Positions 39,830-50,411 of a DNA stretch of 64,000 bases are shown here, in pieces. The position numbers were made by a program, and so were the translations under genes. Each line of letters opens with the position of its first letter. Position 1 is the stretch's first letter. The DNA is from a virus. The stretch is from the IMG/VR virus record IMGVR_UViG_3300013137_001826, positions 4,668 through 68,667 of that record, one strand, 5' to 3'. Under the pieces are notes generated by a model. It did not search any database. It was not told the origin of the DNA and saw only the letters and a list, made by a program, of their open reading frames with translations.

Positions 39830-40178
39830 AGCTAAAAGAAAAATTCCCCGTCCCTTTTCCCAGTGGACTTGGCACTTACTGCATTATTACGTTTGTTGGC
39901 AGCGCGTAATCGCACTCTAGCCCAATCTCTACATGTCAGTCCTGCTTACCGCCTAGCTGAGGCGTCGGCGTCCATCGGTGTTGACCTTCGAGCGAGGAGG
40001 TATTGAAAAAAGTTTCGTATCATGGCAGCAAAATAAGACCGACCATCGTACTTGCACTGATCCCATAATGAGAGATCGTCATAGAAACAGAATGGTCCAT
40101 TGATTCCTCTCAGCATTTGACTGAGTTCGTGTCGATCTGTGGGCTTGTGTCCTTTGAATACTACCATGACGTTTTTGT

Positions 40179-40655
40179 TTATACTGTACCACTTTTCAAA
40201 GTGTCCCGTACTTTCATGATGACTTTTCCAAGTAGATTGAGACCCGGCCATTTGCTAGGTTCCGTTCTAAGAGCGTGATCGGCGTCCATGCCGATGCCCC
40301 AGATGCTGTCTACGGGACTTGCTTCGACTATGATAGATTCTCCAGTATCCATCAGAATCTCTTTCAACTCGGGATTCTGAGTGAATTTTAGCATGTTGCC
40401 CTCGTAAACGATTTGTTCTTTGTTCTCGTCCCATAATTGGGAATTGAAGCCCTGAATCTCTCTTCCGAGCATCTTTTGAACTTTCGGATTGTTCGTCTGC
40501 ATTATTCGAGCTGCGGTGTTCGGATCTCCCATCAGCATGGCTTTCCGGTACATCATGTACTGTTCGGCAGTGCAGAATTTTTTTCCATCTTCCGTGAATT
40601 CGCTCTTGTACCATTGGGAGAACGGCCCGTTCCAAAAAAAGTGATATGTTGCCAT
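40179..40655 (-). CDS. NADAR (YbiA/DUF1768) family protein
   Basis: FSQW, TAEQYMM..KA, KFTQN, EASP.D.IWGIG, GLNLLG. Confidence 0.9.
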   Translation of the reverse strand: MATYHFFWNGPFSQWYKSEFTEDGKKFCTAEQYMMYRKAMLMGDPNTAARIMQTNNPKVQKMLGREIQGFNSQLWDENKEQIVYEGNMLKFTQNPELKEILMDTGESIIVEASPVDSIWGIGMDADHALRTEPSKWPGLNLLGKVIMKVRDTLKSGTV

Positions 40656-40752
40656 GTTAAATGTGGTCTAAATGAAATTTTACTGCGTCGAGCATCGCAT
40701 CGAGCGAATCGTGAACGTACTCGAAGTTATTATACTAAAAGAGAATAGAAAG

Positions 40753-41313
40753 TTAACGGATATTTTCCATATCCTCGAACTTGGACAGAATGACATCGAC
40801 CTCGTCCTTTAATCCGGGTGAAACGTCCACCATTTTGCTTCCAAGATTCACGGCTCCGTGCCAAATGACGTCGAACTCTTTCGTTTGAGCGACGCTTGGA
40901 TCCTGCTTTTGGAGGTTGATGATGTCAACGAGCATTGTCTGTAACAATTCCTCAGCCGCACGAAGATTGATTGCTTTGGGGTCTTCTTCCAGGAATCCGA
41001 GGTATTCTGTCATTGCTTCAGCCATTTCCTGTAATTCTGGATGCGAATCGACCGTAGGTTTGGAACTTGCTGGCGCACCAGTTTTCTTTAACGAAAATCT
41101 TGGGACCTTTACTATCGTGCCAGCTGATCCGGCTAACTGAATCTTTGCGAAATCACCGTTCAGCTCAATAACCTGACCCTTTCCACGATAGGATTCGACG
41201 TAATCTCCCTCTTCTATTTCTGGTGAATCTGCGTTCTTGGCAAACTCTGCTTCGGGATTTTCCATGAACTGATTTACGTCGAATTCTTCGAAAATCATCG
41301 TGTGTTTTCGCAT
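40753..41313 (-). CDS. Hypothetical protein (possible internal head protein)
   Basis: MRKHTMIFEEF; TATAAATAACC upstream. Confidence 0.65.
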   Translation of the reverse strand: MRKHTMIFEEFDVNQFMENPEAEFAKNADSPEIEEGDYVESYRGKGQVIELNGDFAKIQLAGSAGTIVKVPRFSLKKTGAPASSKPTVDSHPELQEMAEAMTEYLGFLEEDPKAINLRAAEELLQTMLVDIINLQKQDPSVAQTKEFDVIWHGAVNLGSKMVDVSPGLKDEVDVILSKFEDMENIR

Positions 41314-41342
41314 GAGGACGGAATGTTTTGGTTATTTATACC

Positions 41343-42002
41343 TCAGATTTCAATGTGCATGATGATTTCTGTGTAGTATTCGAGAAAGTGGTCATTGTAC
41401 AAATCCCAGGTGACCGGTATTCCATCAACTGAATATGCTTCAACCCTCTTGAATATTTTGAAATACGAATCTCTAACGGTTTTGAAATTTTCCTTAAACT
41501 CAGGCGAGTTAAGATGCCATTCGCCGACACAATACTTAACGTGCTTTAATATCCAATTGATATTTTCATCGCTGAAAATATGATATTCGCCGCCTTCACA
41601 GTCCACCTTTAAGAAGTCTATGTGATCTATTTGATACTCTTGTATTATTTCGCTAAATGTGGAACACTCGCATTCTTCTATCCCATCTTCGCAAAACTCA
41701 ATAAGTTCAGTTTTATTTTTTGAGAGAGCTCTAGGAATTATTTGAGCTGTACCATTAGCATTTTTTACCAGAGCAGGAAAGAATCGAGTTAACGGTTCTA
41801 TCGCATAAATTGCTTTGGCCTTTATTGGAATTTCACGATTATGTAATGAATATACGAATGGGCCGATTGACGCCCCTACGTCCATTACTACATCACCATC
41901 TTTTACGGTAAAAACATTCTCGTAAAGATTTCTTGATAATTCTCGTTCTAAAAGGACCCTTAGTTTTTCTACTTGATACCAGCTAAATGAACGATTTGGC
42001 AT
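41343..42002 (-). CDS. FkbM-family SAM methyltransferase
   Basis: VMDVGASIG, AIEP, FLKVDCEGGE. Confidence 0.9.
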   Translation of the reverse strand: MPNRSFSWYQVEKLRVLLERELSRNLYENVFTVKDGDVVMDVGASIGPFVYSLHNREIPIKAKAIYAIEPLTRFFPALVKNANGTAQIIPRALSKNKTELIEFCEDGIEECECSTFSEIIQEYQIDHIDFLKVDCEGGEYHIFSDENINWILKHVKYCVGEWHLNSPEFKENFKTVRDSYFKIFKRVEAYSVDGIPVTWDLYNDHFLEYYTEIIMHIEI

Positions 42003-42011
42003 ATTATCGAA

Positions 42012-43748
42012 TTATTTGTATTCTACTTTCACTCGTGACCTGAATTCTATTGGAAATTGATCGCCTGCTGCTTGAAATAAATCGGCGAAACATCCGTCGA
42101 CCAAATATGTTACTGCCCAATCGTCCGGAGTGCGAACAGAACGTCCTGTTCCCTGCAAAACGGAAACGGAGGTTTTCCAATTATACCAGGATTGCGAAAA
42201 TGCTAGCTTTGCGGCCACGTATTTATCACCAAGGTAAGGATACGGTACTTTCATGAACACCTGGAAGCGAGAGAGATCATCGATTAGGTTCAAACCTTCC
42301 AACAAGGATGGCCCCATTAGTACCAGACCCTGCTTCTTCTTCATTTTCTTCAGCATTGTGTCCTTTTCTTCCGATCCCTTGTAAAGCAGGATCCTCTTGC
42401 TCACATTTTTGGGCAATGCCTTCCATAATTTTTGTCCAAGCTCATAAGAACCAGTGTGAATTATGCCGGAATCATCTGGGTGTGCGTTTAGGATGTCGAC
42501 GAGGGTGGAAACTCCCCATTCGAAGTTATCTTCGAGGAACCGGGCAGACATTTTCTTTCCTGGATAGTAAATGATTGGCGAATTTTCCCAGTTGAAGTGC
42601 GAGTCCATCTTGAAGTACTTGGCATTCTTTATTCCATGATTCCTCATGAAGTCCGCCGGATTTCCCATTGTAGCAGTCATCAGCAATTTGAAACCGAATT
42701 GATTGAAGAAGTGCTTTCCTAGCAGGTAGTACTCGTCAATGCAATTGAAGACTATGCTCGTATCATTAGGGTTCTTCACCATTTTTTCGATGCCTACTTT
42801 GTCAATGATCTTGCAATAATCCTCAAGCTTGCAGTGAACGTCCTTACACCAGTCTGTCAAGTTGAACACCACTAGCCAATCCTTGGGAACGTCTCTACCT
42901 TCGAATTCCCTTCCTGCAACTTCACGAATGTCAGCTGTCGATCCTACGATTCTCTCGTAGATCTTGGTGATTTCCTTTAGTTTTTCGAGAAGAACTTGAT
43001 TGTCCTCTTCTGCATAAACGTCATCGACCAAAGAGGTCAACCTTTCGACATCGATTCTAGGAAGTCTTAGGCCAATATCGAACATGTCGCTGATCAATTT
43101 CTCGACTTTTTTGTAAACGTCTCGCGAAACGATTGGGCTGAAATGACTTTGAACGATTTCGAGTATTTTATGAGCTTCATCGCACACGACAAAGTCTCTC
43201 TTGGAAAATGGTGGTTGCTTTCCACTTTCTGCTTGCTTCTTGTCGACGTAATTTCTTTGAATGAGCGCGTACGGGTAGGTAAGTAAAGCTAATGGCGATC
43301 TGATGGCTTTTCTTCTTGCCATTAGGTACCAACAGTGCTTGAAACAGGTTAAAGATTCGGCAGCATCGTACGATATTCCCTTGCTCTTGCAGTCTCCTAC
43401 TGAGAACTTCTCGCCGTTCACGGCACAGTTGTAATTGTCAACGCCCTTTATGTTTCCCCAGTTCCATAACTGCATTTTCTTGAAATCGTTCACGTACTGC
43501 TGGTGAAGGACGAGGTCTGACGCTAGAATGTAACCTCTCTTACTCTTATGAATGAGAAAGTCCGCCATGACCATAGCAATGATGGACTTGCCTGACCCAG
43601 TTGGAGCATCGAGAAGATAAATTCCTTCGGGATCATCCTCGTAAGCTTCGAGAATGTCAATGATGACCTCCTTTTGCTGAGGTCTGAACACTAATCCTGG
43701 ATGTTTTATCGCTACGAACTGTTCGAATTCTTTCTTTATTTCGCTCAT
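42012..43748 (-). CDS. DinG/XPD-like SF2 helicase
   Basis: RPQQ, DAPTGSGKS, Cys cluster, DEAH, MTATM, KVPYP, QGTGRSVR. Confidence 0.9.
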   Translation of the reverse strand: MSEIKKEFEQFVAIKHPGLVFRPQQKEVIIDILEAYEDDPEGIYLLDAPTGSGKSIIAMVMADFLIHKSKRGYILASDLVLHQQYVNDFKKMQLWNWGNIKGVDNYNCAVNGEKFSVGDCKSKGISYDAAESLTCFKHCWYLMARRKAIRSPLALLTYPYALIQRNYVDKKQAESGKQPPFSKRDFVVCDEAHKILEIVQSHFSPIVSRDVYKKVEKLISDMFDIGLRLPRIDVERLTSLVDDVYAEEDNQVLLEKLKEITKIYERIVGSTADIREVAGREFEGRDVPKDWLVVFNLTDWCKDVHCKLEDYCKIIDKVGIEKMVKNPNDTSIVFNCIDEYYLLGKHFFNQFGFKLLMTATMGNPADFMRNHGIKNAKYFKMDSHFNWENSPIIYYPGKKMSARFLEDNFEWGVSTLVDILNAHPDDSGIIHTGSYELGQKLWKALPKNVSKRILLYKGSEEKDTMLKKMKKKQGLVLMGPSLLEGLNLIDDLSRFQVFMKVPYPYLGDKYVAAKLAFSQSWYNWKTSVSVLQGTGRSVRTPDDWAVTYLVDGCFADLFQAAGDQFPIEFRSRVKVEYK

Positions 43749-44139
43749 TTACTTCCTCGTTCTTTTATTGGTTCTTATACCCGAAAAGGTTACAAGGGTT
43801 CCAACGAATTGGTAGGAAATTCGTAGAATGGAGTTTCGTTTTCGACGATCGTGCATGCGGTTCCGGAAGGACTTATCACACCGTAACTGTAACCGTTGTA
43901 CTCGTAAACGATTTGACCTGCAAAGAAATCACGTGGAAGTCACGGACATTCTTCTTTGGTCACATCCCGAATAAGCAGGCGGGCGGATTCAAAGGTGAAT
44001 GATGTATCCGATTCGTTGCAGAATTCTTCCATCTGAGAGTACGATCCATGTGCCGGTGGATTTCCGGTTGGCGATGGCCAAGAGTAAGTGGGCTTCATCG
44101 TCGGGTTGTTTGGGTCGTTCATGATCTTATTTATTTGGG

Positions 44140-44226
44140 TGGTGCCCGGAACAGGACTTGAACCTGCACTCTTTGCGAAACATGCTCCTAAGGCATGCGT
44201 GTGTTTGCCAATTTCACCATCCGGGC
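44140..44226 (-). tRNA. tRNA-Leu(TAG)
   Basis: Cloverleaf with variable arm; loop CTTAGGA; encoded CCA. Confidence 0.9.
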
Positions 44227-44257
44227 AAAAAACAAGCGGAGATTGCTCCCCGCTTGT
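44227..44257 (-). terminator. Rho-independent terminator
   Basis: ACAAGCGG...CCGCTTGT followed by a T-run on the minus strand. Confidence 0.7.
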
Positions 44258-44276
44258 CAAGAGTTCCGGATAAGGA

Positions 44277-46439
44277 TTAAACGAGCTCGGCCTTTTCGGT
44301 CATTTCGAACGTGAAGCCCAGCGGAGTGCCGTCAAGCACCAGGCTGAGAGTGTTCTCGTCGAACGACTTGAATTCGGTGAACCATTTCTTGGAAAGAATC
44401 AGCGAGAACTTGATCTTCGCGATTTCCTTGAGAACGTTGCGACGTGCTTTGTTCAGGTCATCGGATTTTTTGGTGATGTAGTTCTGGAGAACCTTGGTCT
44501 GCTCTTCAATAGGCAGGGTCGTGAAGATCGGGGACTGAAGCTGCTGATTGTACTCGTCGATTGCAACTGCGAGCAGTTCTTCGGAAGTTTTCAGCGGGGT
44601 TCCCTTTGCGATCTTGGCGATGACGTCCTCAACCTTAGGTAAGGATGAGAGGCCTTTCACCTTGGTGAAGAGGTTGACCGACATGTAGAAGTCGGTTGAT
44701 TCGGCCGCAGTGGTCTTCGGTGAGAAGCCATTGTAGTCGGTGATTCCGTTCTGCTTCAGCCATTCGGCAGCTTCGTCGCCGTAAGTTTCAGCATACGATT
44801 TGCTTTCTTTTGGGAAGAGAGCCTTGCGATAGTAATCGTAGACTTTTTTCTTTCCACGCAGCTTGAGGAGTTCCCATTCCTGACGAGCAAGATCGTTGGC
44901 CGAGATTCCTTTGATCATTGACCGGTTGATGAGAGGCAGGCTGCCAAGGTCGAGGATGATGTAATCTTCTTCGATTTCAGCTTTGATGCCCTTGCTCAGG
45001 AGCAGGTTGTACAGGCTTTCGGTGTAATTGACCGGAAGTTCGGTGATGTTGAGGATACCGTCCTTGATGAGGGTGAATGCCCTGAACTTGAAGGAAGGAA
45101 CATCGGCGATGTTGTACTGGTTCGCAGGAAGCTCGACCTTACCGTCGATGCGGCAAAGCACCGAAAGGTTGGCACGATGTTCGTTCCACACGAGGCTGGT
45201 CAGTGCATAACCACGTTTCGGATCTGAATCGATGAATTTGGCATCGATCTGTTCGGGTTCACCGCTCTCGTTCACAGCGATTTCGCGCTTGCGACCGATA
45301 CGGTTGTAATTGAATCGATCGTGGCTCGGATAGAACTTGTTGTCCATCTCGCCAAGATCGTTGATGAGGTCCATGACGCAGTAGGCGTGGTCGTCCACCG
45401 GCTGGATTGGAGAAGTTCCTTCAGGGAAGCGCTTTGCAACGTTTGCAACGCATTCGTTCATTGCAGCCTTGAAGGCATTCAGTTTCTGCTTTCCGAAAGC
45501 GTTTGCGAGCATGCGATAGTGGTACGGGTCTTCCAGAATGTAGAACAACTTTTCGGCGTCCTCATTCATGAGTTTGTCAGAAAGCACGTAGATTGCAGCG
45601 TAAACTGAAGCGATGTCGAATCCACCGGCATCAGTGCCGAGAGGTTCCGTTGAGAAGTAATAGACGGTATCAACGTCCTCGCTGACAAGGATTTTTCCGT
45701 CCTCGATCGTGTAGAGGATGACTCCTCCCATTGGGGTAACGGAATAAGCAAAGTCGTAGAGATCATTGTGAACGTCAACGGTGATTTTCTTTCCGCTGAA
45801 CTGGCCGGTGGAAATTTTCTTGTCGAACATCGGCTCGTAATCGTCGAAATTACTGCAGCTGATTTTTTCACCGCCGATGAGCCCGGCCATTTCGGTGAGG
45901 CGTTTTGAGTCGGCGTAGTATCCGTACTCGACGAAGGTCGCGGCAGCGAAATCGCTTTCCATTCCCTTGAGAGTCTTTACTACTTTCGGCCACGGACAAT
46001 CATTGTTGTAACCGTCGGTAAGGAAGATCAGCGAATTCACGCTGTTCGGCCTGTTTTTCTGAATGCGGCTGACGGCTTCTTTTGCCAACTGCAAAGGTTT
46101 CAGGAACGCGGTAAGGCCTACCGGTTTCAACCATTGGTCGATTGCCTTATGAAGGGAATCGAGGGTCTTGAGAGACTTCACTTCGATTTCCTCGACGAGG
46201 ATACCGGCCTGGCTGCTTCCAGAGAACCAAATAATTGTAATCGTGTCTCCCGGATTCATGAGGTGAGAGAGCTTGTTCTTAAGCTGAGTACGAATGAACT
46301 GTAATTGGCCATACATGGAGCCAGAGACGTCAACGATCAATACGTGATTGGTCGGTTTGACCACATTTACAGCAACTCGCCTGTCGCTAACTTGCTGAGA
46401 AATCAGGTGAAATCCTTGATCGATTTTTGTGTACTGCAT
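44277..46439 (-). CDS. von Willebrand factor A domain protein
   Basis: IVDVSGSM MIDAS; FLTDG. Confidence 0.85.
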   Translation of the reverse strand: MQYTKIDQGFHLISQQVSDRRVAVNVVKPTNHVLIVDVSGSMYGQLQFIRTQLKNKLSHLMNPGDTITIIWFSGSSQAGILVEEIEVKSLKTLDSLHKAIDQWLKPVGLTAFLKPLQLAKEAVSRIQKNRPNSVNSLIFLTDGYNNDCPWPKVVKTLKGMESDFAAATFVEYGYYADSKRLTEMAGLIGGEKISCSNFDDYEPMFDKKISTGQFSGKKITVDVHNDLYDFAYSVTPMGGVILYTIEDGKILVSEDVDTVYYFSTEPLGTDAGGFDIASVYAAIYVLSDKLMNEDAEKLFYILEDPYHYRMLANAFGKQKLNAFKAAMNECVANVAKRFPEGTSPIQPVDDHAYCVMDLINDLGEMDNKFYPSHDRFNYNRIGRKREIAVNESGEPEQIDAKFIDSDPKRGYALTSLVWNEHRANLSVLCRIDGKVELPANQYNIADVPSFKFRAFTLIKDGILNITELPVNYTESLYNLLLSKGIKAEIEEDYIILDLGSLPLINRSMIKGISANDLARQEWELLKLRGKKKVYDYYRKALFPKESKSYAETYGDEAAEWLKQNGITDYNGFSPKTTAAESTDFYMSVNLFTKVKGLSSLPKVEDVIAKIAKGTPLKTSEELLAVAIDEYNQQLQSPIFTTLPIEEQTKVLQNYITKKSDDLNKARRNVLKEIAKIKFSLILSKKWFTEFKSFDENTLSLVLDGTPLGFTFEMTEKAELV

Positions 46440-46456
46440 AAGAATTGGATTTTTAG

Positions 46457-46487
46457 TTATTATACTACTTAGAATGATTAAGGTTCA
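46457..46487 (-). promoter_or_regulatory. Early/middle-type promoter (example of AC(C/T)-N16/17-TAHAAK)
   Basis: GAACC-17 nt-TATAAT; same spacing near 9685(+), 16021(+), 21122(+), 40727, 43773, 47800, 49857. Confidence 0.55.
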
Positions 46488-46532
46488 TCGGAAGGTGAAT
46501 ATTTATGGTTAGTAATTGTTTCTGAAATGCGC

Positions 46533-47045
46533 TTAGTTTTTGTTATATTGTTGCATTATTTTAATGGAATACTCGTTTACTACCGGTTTTCCGGTGTTAT
46601 AGTATCCAAGAGCAACGTCCCAGCGTCCGGATATTTTGTAAAGGTACTGCATTATTTTCATTGACGTTTCGACATTGAACTCCAGGTCATTCAGAAGTTC
46701 CTTCGGCGTGACTTTCCTCTTCCAGATGAATGTCGCTGTTGACGCCTGGATCTGCATCGCTCCGTATGCGAAAGCACTAGAGGTCAACTTAGGATCGTAG
46801 GCCCAGTGAAATGGCCCGCGATACCCGCTCTCGCTCTTTGCTATTCCGTACGCAATTTGAAATGGAACTCCGTATTTTTCCGAGTACTTTATAAGGTAAT
46901 CGTACAGCCTAACGCATGGAGGTCCCTGTTCAACTTTGATTTCGGAACGGTCGATGAAGTCTCCATTATCCTTGAAGTGTTCGTAAGACCAAACTGCTCC
47001 CAAAAACGCGACAAGGATGATCAGAATTGTCATCCTTACTCGCAT
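46533..47045 (-). CDS. Lytic transglycosylase (SLT) with N-terminal signal/anchor
   Basis: IAKSES, AYGAMQI, YYNTG. Confidence 0.85.
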   Translation of the reverse strand: MRVRMTILIILVAFLGAVWSYEHFKDNGDFIDRSEIKVEQGPPCVRLYDYLIKYSEKYGVPFQIAYGIAKSESGYRGPFHWAYDPKLTSSAFAYGAMQIQASTATFIWKRKVTPKELLNDLEFNVETSMKIMQYLYKISGRWDVALGYYNTGKPVVNEYSIKIMQQYNKN

Positions 47046-47047
47046 GA

Positions 47048-47431
47048 TTACTTGGTTTTAGTTGCTGCTGGTGCCGAAGCCGGATTGTTAACCTGATTGT
47101 ACTTGGTCTGAGCGTACATGTTGAAGATGGCCAGACCTACCGAGTCCTGGTAGACGGTATAGTCTCCAGTTACCCGATTGAGAAGAAGGAGCTCGTTCCT
47201 TTCGCTGATAGCGATAGAAGTCGTGTGAATCGTTCTGATCTCCTTCATTGGAGAATGATGAGCGGTCTTGTCGATGAATACGAAGTAGTAATAGCCGATG
47301 AAGAACCCTGCAACTAGGGCTACTGCAATGAGAAGGACGTTTCCGAGATGTTTGAAGAAGGTCACTGTCTTTTTCCACCAGTCCTTAACCACAACAACTT
47401 CGCGGTCGATCAATTCTTTAGCACTTTCCAT
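47048..47431 (-). CDS. Membrane-anchored protein (lysis-associated by position)
   Basis: Single TM helix; adjacent to SLT. Confidence 0.6.
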   Translation of the reverse strand: MESAKELIDREVVVVKDWWKKTVTFFKHLGNVLLIAVALVAGFFIGYYYFVFIDKTAHHSPMKEIRTIHTTSIAISERNELLLLNRVTGDYTVYQDSVGLAIFNMYAQTKYNQVNNPASAPAATKTK

Positions 47432-47780
47432 TTCTGATTTGTTTAAGCCTTTCCTCCGGTAACATTTGGATTGCAGCTTCGACGATTGTCCTGAAGTCTT
47501 CAGGTTTCACAACCAGTAACTTAATTTCGAAGTCAGTAGTATCGAAATTCTGGCCGGGACTTTTGGTCAAAGCGGAACGATTCTGATTCAGAATCTGGGA
47601 AGATAACTCGTCGGTCATGTGACGAATTATTACGTTTTCTGCTACCTGCGGGTCGTCGTGCAAGCGCCTGAAAAGTAAATTATCCACGGTTAGCTTGCAG
47701 CGATGCAGCGAATTTCCCAGTTTGAATTGGCGAAACAACTTCATCATTTCGCTAACGTAAGAATCGTGTCCAAATTCCAT
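47418..47780 (-). CDS. Hypothetical protein
   Basis: 120 aa; GTACAAT upstream. Confidence 0.65.
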   Translation of the reverse strand: MEFGHDSYVSEMMKLFRQFKLGNSLHRCKLTVDNLLFRRLHDDPQVAENVIIRHMTDELSSQILNQNRSALTKSPGQNFDTTDFEIKLLVVKPEDFRTIVEAAIQMLPEERLKQIRNGKC

Positions 47781-47972
47781 TGGTCGAGCGGTTTAAAAGG
47801 ATATTGTACTCAAAAAATCGAAAAAGGTCAGTAGATGAATGGAGAATCAGCCGACCAAGTTAATGGGTCCAATCCACTGTCCTGTATTGGATGAACAAGC
47901 TCTGACGAATCCACGAATTTATCGGAATCAGTAGTGGCAAGCATAAGTTCTTTACTTTATTGCTATTTATCG

Positions 47973-49841
47973 TTACTTTGCCGTCAGTTCGTGTCTAAAG
48001 ATCAGTCTCTTGGACATGGACTCTTCTATCTCTATCAAGTACCTCTTGCCTTTCGTTAGGGACATGTCCCAAGCATAGAAGAACTGGGTCATGAATATTT
48101 CCCATGAGAACTCGAAGATCAATCTATGGGTTTCGTCGAATATTTTCACGAAGACCGTAGATTCGAATTTTTTATCGCGAATGAACGAGTTCTTGGTGAG
48201 AATCATGTCCTTTCCATTGTACTCTACCAATAGGTCTTCCTGATCGAGAACCGTTTTCGAGTAGCACTCGTTTATCTGTTCCCAATCGTGCGGAGTTTTG
48301 TACCCGTGAAAAACGTAGACGTCTCTATCCGTCTTTGGAACTCTAGCTAATGCGGAAATTGCCGTGTAATTGTAGCTGTAATTAGCTATGCGATTGATGT
48401 CTATCGAGTACCCTTCTTCTATGTCTACTACTGGTAGAGATTTTCGAAAATCGTACTTTGATAGAATAACGTTCATCGTGTCCTCATCTTGAAAGGCGAA
48501 GATGCATCTTCTTTTTGAATCCTTGTGCTTATGATAAATGTCCATTTGTTCTTGGAACACCCAAGCTGAGCTCGCATCGTACAACATGACGTTGCACTTT
48601 CGTCTAGGAAATATGTGGATGTCAATTCCCAATTCCTCTCCAAGCGAGTGAAGCGAACTTACGTGCTCTCCGTTATCGTGAAAGTAAATCACATCATGGA
48701 CGTGAGAATTGACCAGAGGATAATTCTCCAAGTCCTTGAAGTACTTGGCAATTCCATCGACATTAACAGTCACGTAAATGTCAGTGTCCAGAAACACGAA
48801 TTTTTTATCCGGATAGGCTTTGATTGAATCCAAGTTTATGAGACTCTTAGAAACGATGGTTATGAAGCTACGTTTTCGAGAGTCCATCCAATCTCCCTCT
48901 GTTCCTATGTCTATTCGACGAACTATGAATTGATCCGAAAGAGTGTGCTCGTACTTCGAATTGTAATTCACCGTATAGAGCAGGCACTTTCGCTTTGAGA
49001 ATTTAGACAACGATTGAATGAGGGTTCCGGCCAACGGTTCGTAGGATTCCGTGAAGTAGGTCACCCATAAGAAATCGTCCTCGTACTCGAATTTTCTGCC
49101 TGCCACTATCGTATTACCCTTTCTCTCGAACTTGGTCATATTTTTTCGGTAAAAATGATATATTAATTTCTCTTTTCCTTCGACGTAGAGTTTTCCGCCG
49201 GACCAAACTGCATCGAACTGAATTTTCCAACTGTCCGAATTCATGTTTCCAGCTTCGAATATGATCTTGTAGGAAATGCCAGACTTGCGCAGAAGTTCGG
49301 TGAACTTACGTTCGTCGTACTCGGCATACTCCTCGATCGCCATTGTCTCGTAGAACACTGGATCCTGCGAGTAAGCTTTGGCGACTCGCGGAATGTTCCT
49401 AATGATGGTCAATGGCCCAGAAAGTCGATTGTAGATATGCCCATCCTCTCCGAAAGAAATTGCATCGAAATTATTGAAGTAAGGGCTCAACCAGGAAACG
49501 ATGTCGCCGAACAGAGTGTCTATATCGTACCATCCAACGTAATCGTATCCGTTCAAGTATTCATGGAAAATATCAGCATACGAAGGTTTGATGTCGCAGA
49601 ACTTGTAATTGTTCTTGATCTTGATTTCTCTGCCAGTCCTATCGTGCAATCTCTTTTCGATTGCGGCAACTGTCATTGGAATGAACTTGAAATTCGGAGA
49701 ATTGAACTTCGAATCAACTTCCTGATCGGTGAAAACGTAGAAATCTATGTTCTGGTTGACGCAGGTATCGTAATGGTACTCGAAATAGTCAGGTAATTTT
49801 CCCAACCATACTTGGACAAGGGCTATCGGCTTTTTGGTCAT
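47973..49841 (-). CDS. Two-domain glycosyltransferase-like protein
   Basis: WLGKLPDYF...YKFCDIKP...DID; second GT-A domain FVFLDTD...QDED. Confidence 0.75.
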   Translation of the reverse strand: MTKKPIALVQVWLGKLPDYFEYHYDTCVNQNIDFYVFTDQEVDSKFNSPNFKFIPMTVAAIEKRLHDRTGREIKIKNNYKFCDIKPSYADIFHEYLNGYDYVGWYDIDTLFGDIVSWLSPYFNNFDAISFGEDGHIYNRLSGPLTIIRNIPRVAKAYSQDPVFYETMAIEEYAEYDERKFTELLRKSGISYKIIFEAGNMNSDSWKIQFDAVWSGGKLYVEGKEKLIYHFYRKNMTKFERKGNTIVAGRKFEYEDDFLWVTYFTESYEPLAGTLIQSLSKFSKRKCLLYTVNYNSKYEHTLSDQFIVRRIDIGTEGDWMDSRKRSFITIVSKSLINLDSIKAYPDKKFVFLDTDIYVTVNVDGIAKYFKDLENYPLVNSHVHDVIYFHDNGEHVSSLHSLGEELGIDIHIFPRRKCNVMLYDASSAWVFQEQMDIYHKHKDSKRRCIFAFQDEDTMNVILSKYDFRKSLPVVDIEEGYSIDINRIANYSYNYTAISALARVPKTDRDVYVFHGYKTPHDWEQINECYSKTVLDQEDLLVEYNGKDMILTKNSFIRDKKFESTVFVKIFDETHRLIFEFSWEIFMTQFFYAWDMSLTKGKRYLIEIEESMSKRLIFRHELTAK

Positions 49842-49925
49842 CCGACTAACTTTTTCCTCTTATACTATGCTAACGAATAAAAGTAAGTCATCCTTCCTGT
49901 TTTTTGATTGCGTTGACGCTTGCGT

Positions 49926-50036
49926 TTAATTAGGCCCTTTTTTATTAAGAATCGTAAGGTCGTCGATATTGTGACCATCGCGTTCGAAAACACGTTCACG
50001 AAATTCGTCACGAGTTAAAAAGACCTGTGTTTTCAT
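49926..50036 (-). pseudogene. Truncated HNH endonuclease remnant
   Basis: MKTQVFLTRDEFRERVFERDGH ends before the expected CxxC. Confidence 0.5.
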
Positions 50037-50104
50037 ACTTACCATTGTACCAAAAAACCCCACACGTGGTGGGGAAAAGTGAGTACGTACCCGAAAGAAA
50101 AAAG

Positions 50105-50178
50105 TAGCGGGGGCGGGACTTGAACCCGCGATCTTTGGGTTATGAGCCCAACGAGATACCAACTTCTGCCACCCCGCG
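50105..50178 (-). tRNA. tRNA-fMet(CAT)
   Basis: CGCGGGG start; 1:72 mismatch; three G:C pairs in the anticodon stem. Confidence 0.9.
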
Positions 50179-50411
50179 ATATACTGAATCTAATAGAAAT
50201 AACGTTTCATGTAGATATTTATATTACTATGAGTCGAACGGTTTTATTTTTGAAATTATTCGATTGCATTTTTCTCTCTTTGCCAGCGCATTTTTTGTTT
50301 TTGTGATAATTTTTCTTTAGTCTCTATTGATAATTTACGTCCTTTTAGACTATTTGATACAGCTAATCGATGATCGTCAGATAATTTTCTACCAGTTCAT
50401 ATTATTTTGAT

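Noticed and set aside
40656-40730. Short repeat-like ncRNA upstream of NADAR
   Set aside because: Reads as a start-less 3' gene remnant (FEYVHDSLDAMLDAVKFHLDHI)
43940-44260. ORFs overlapping tRNAs (also 49926..50162, 57113..57307) and most short antisense ORFs
   Set aside because: Shadow frames over RNA genes or well-supported CDSs
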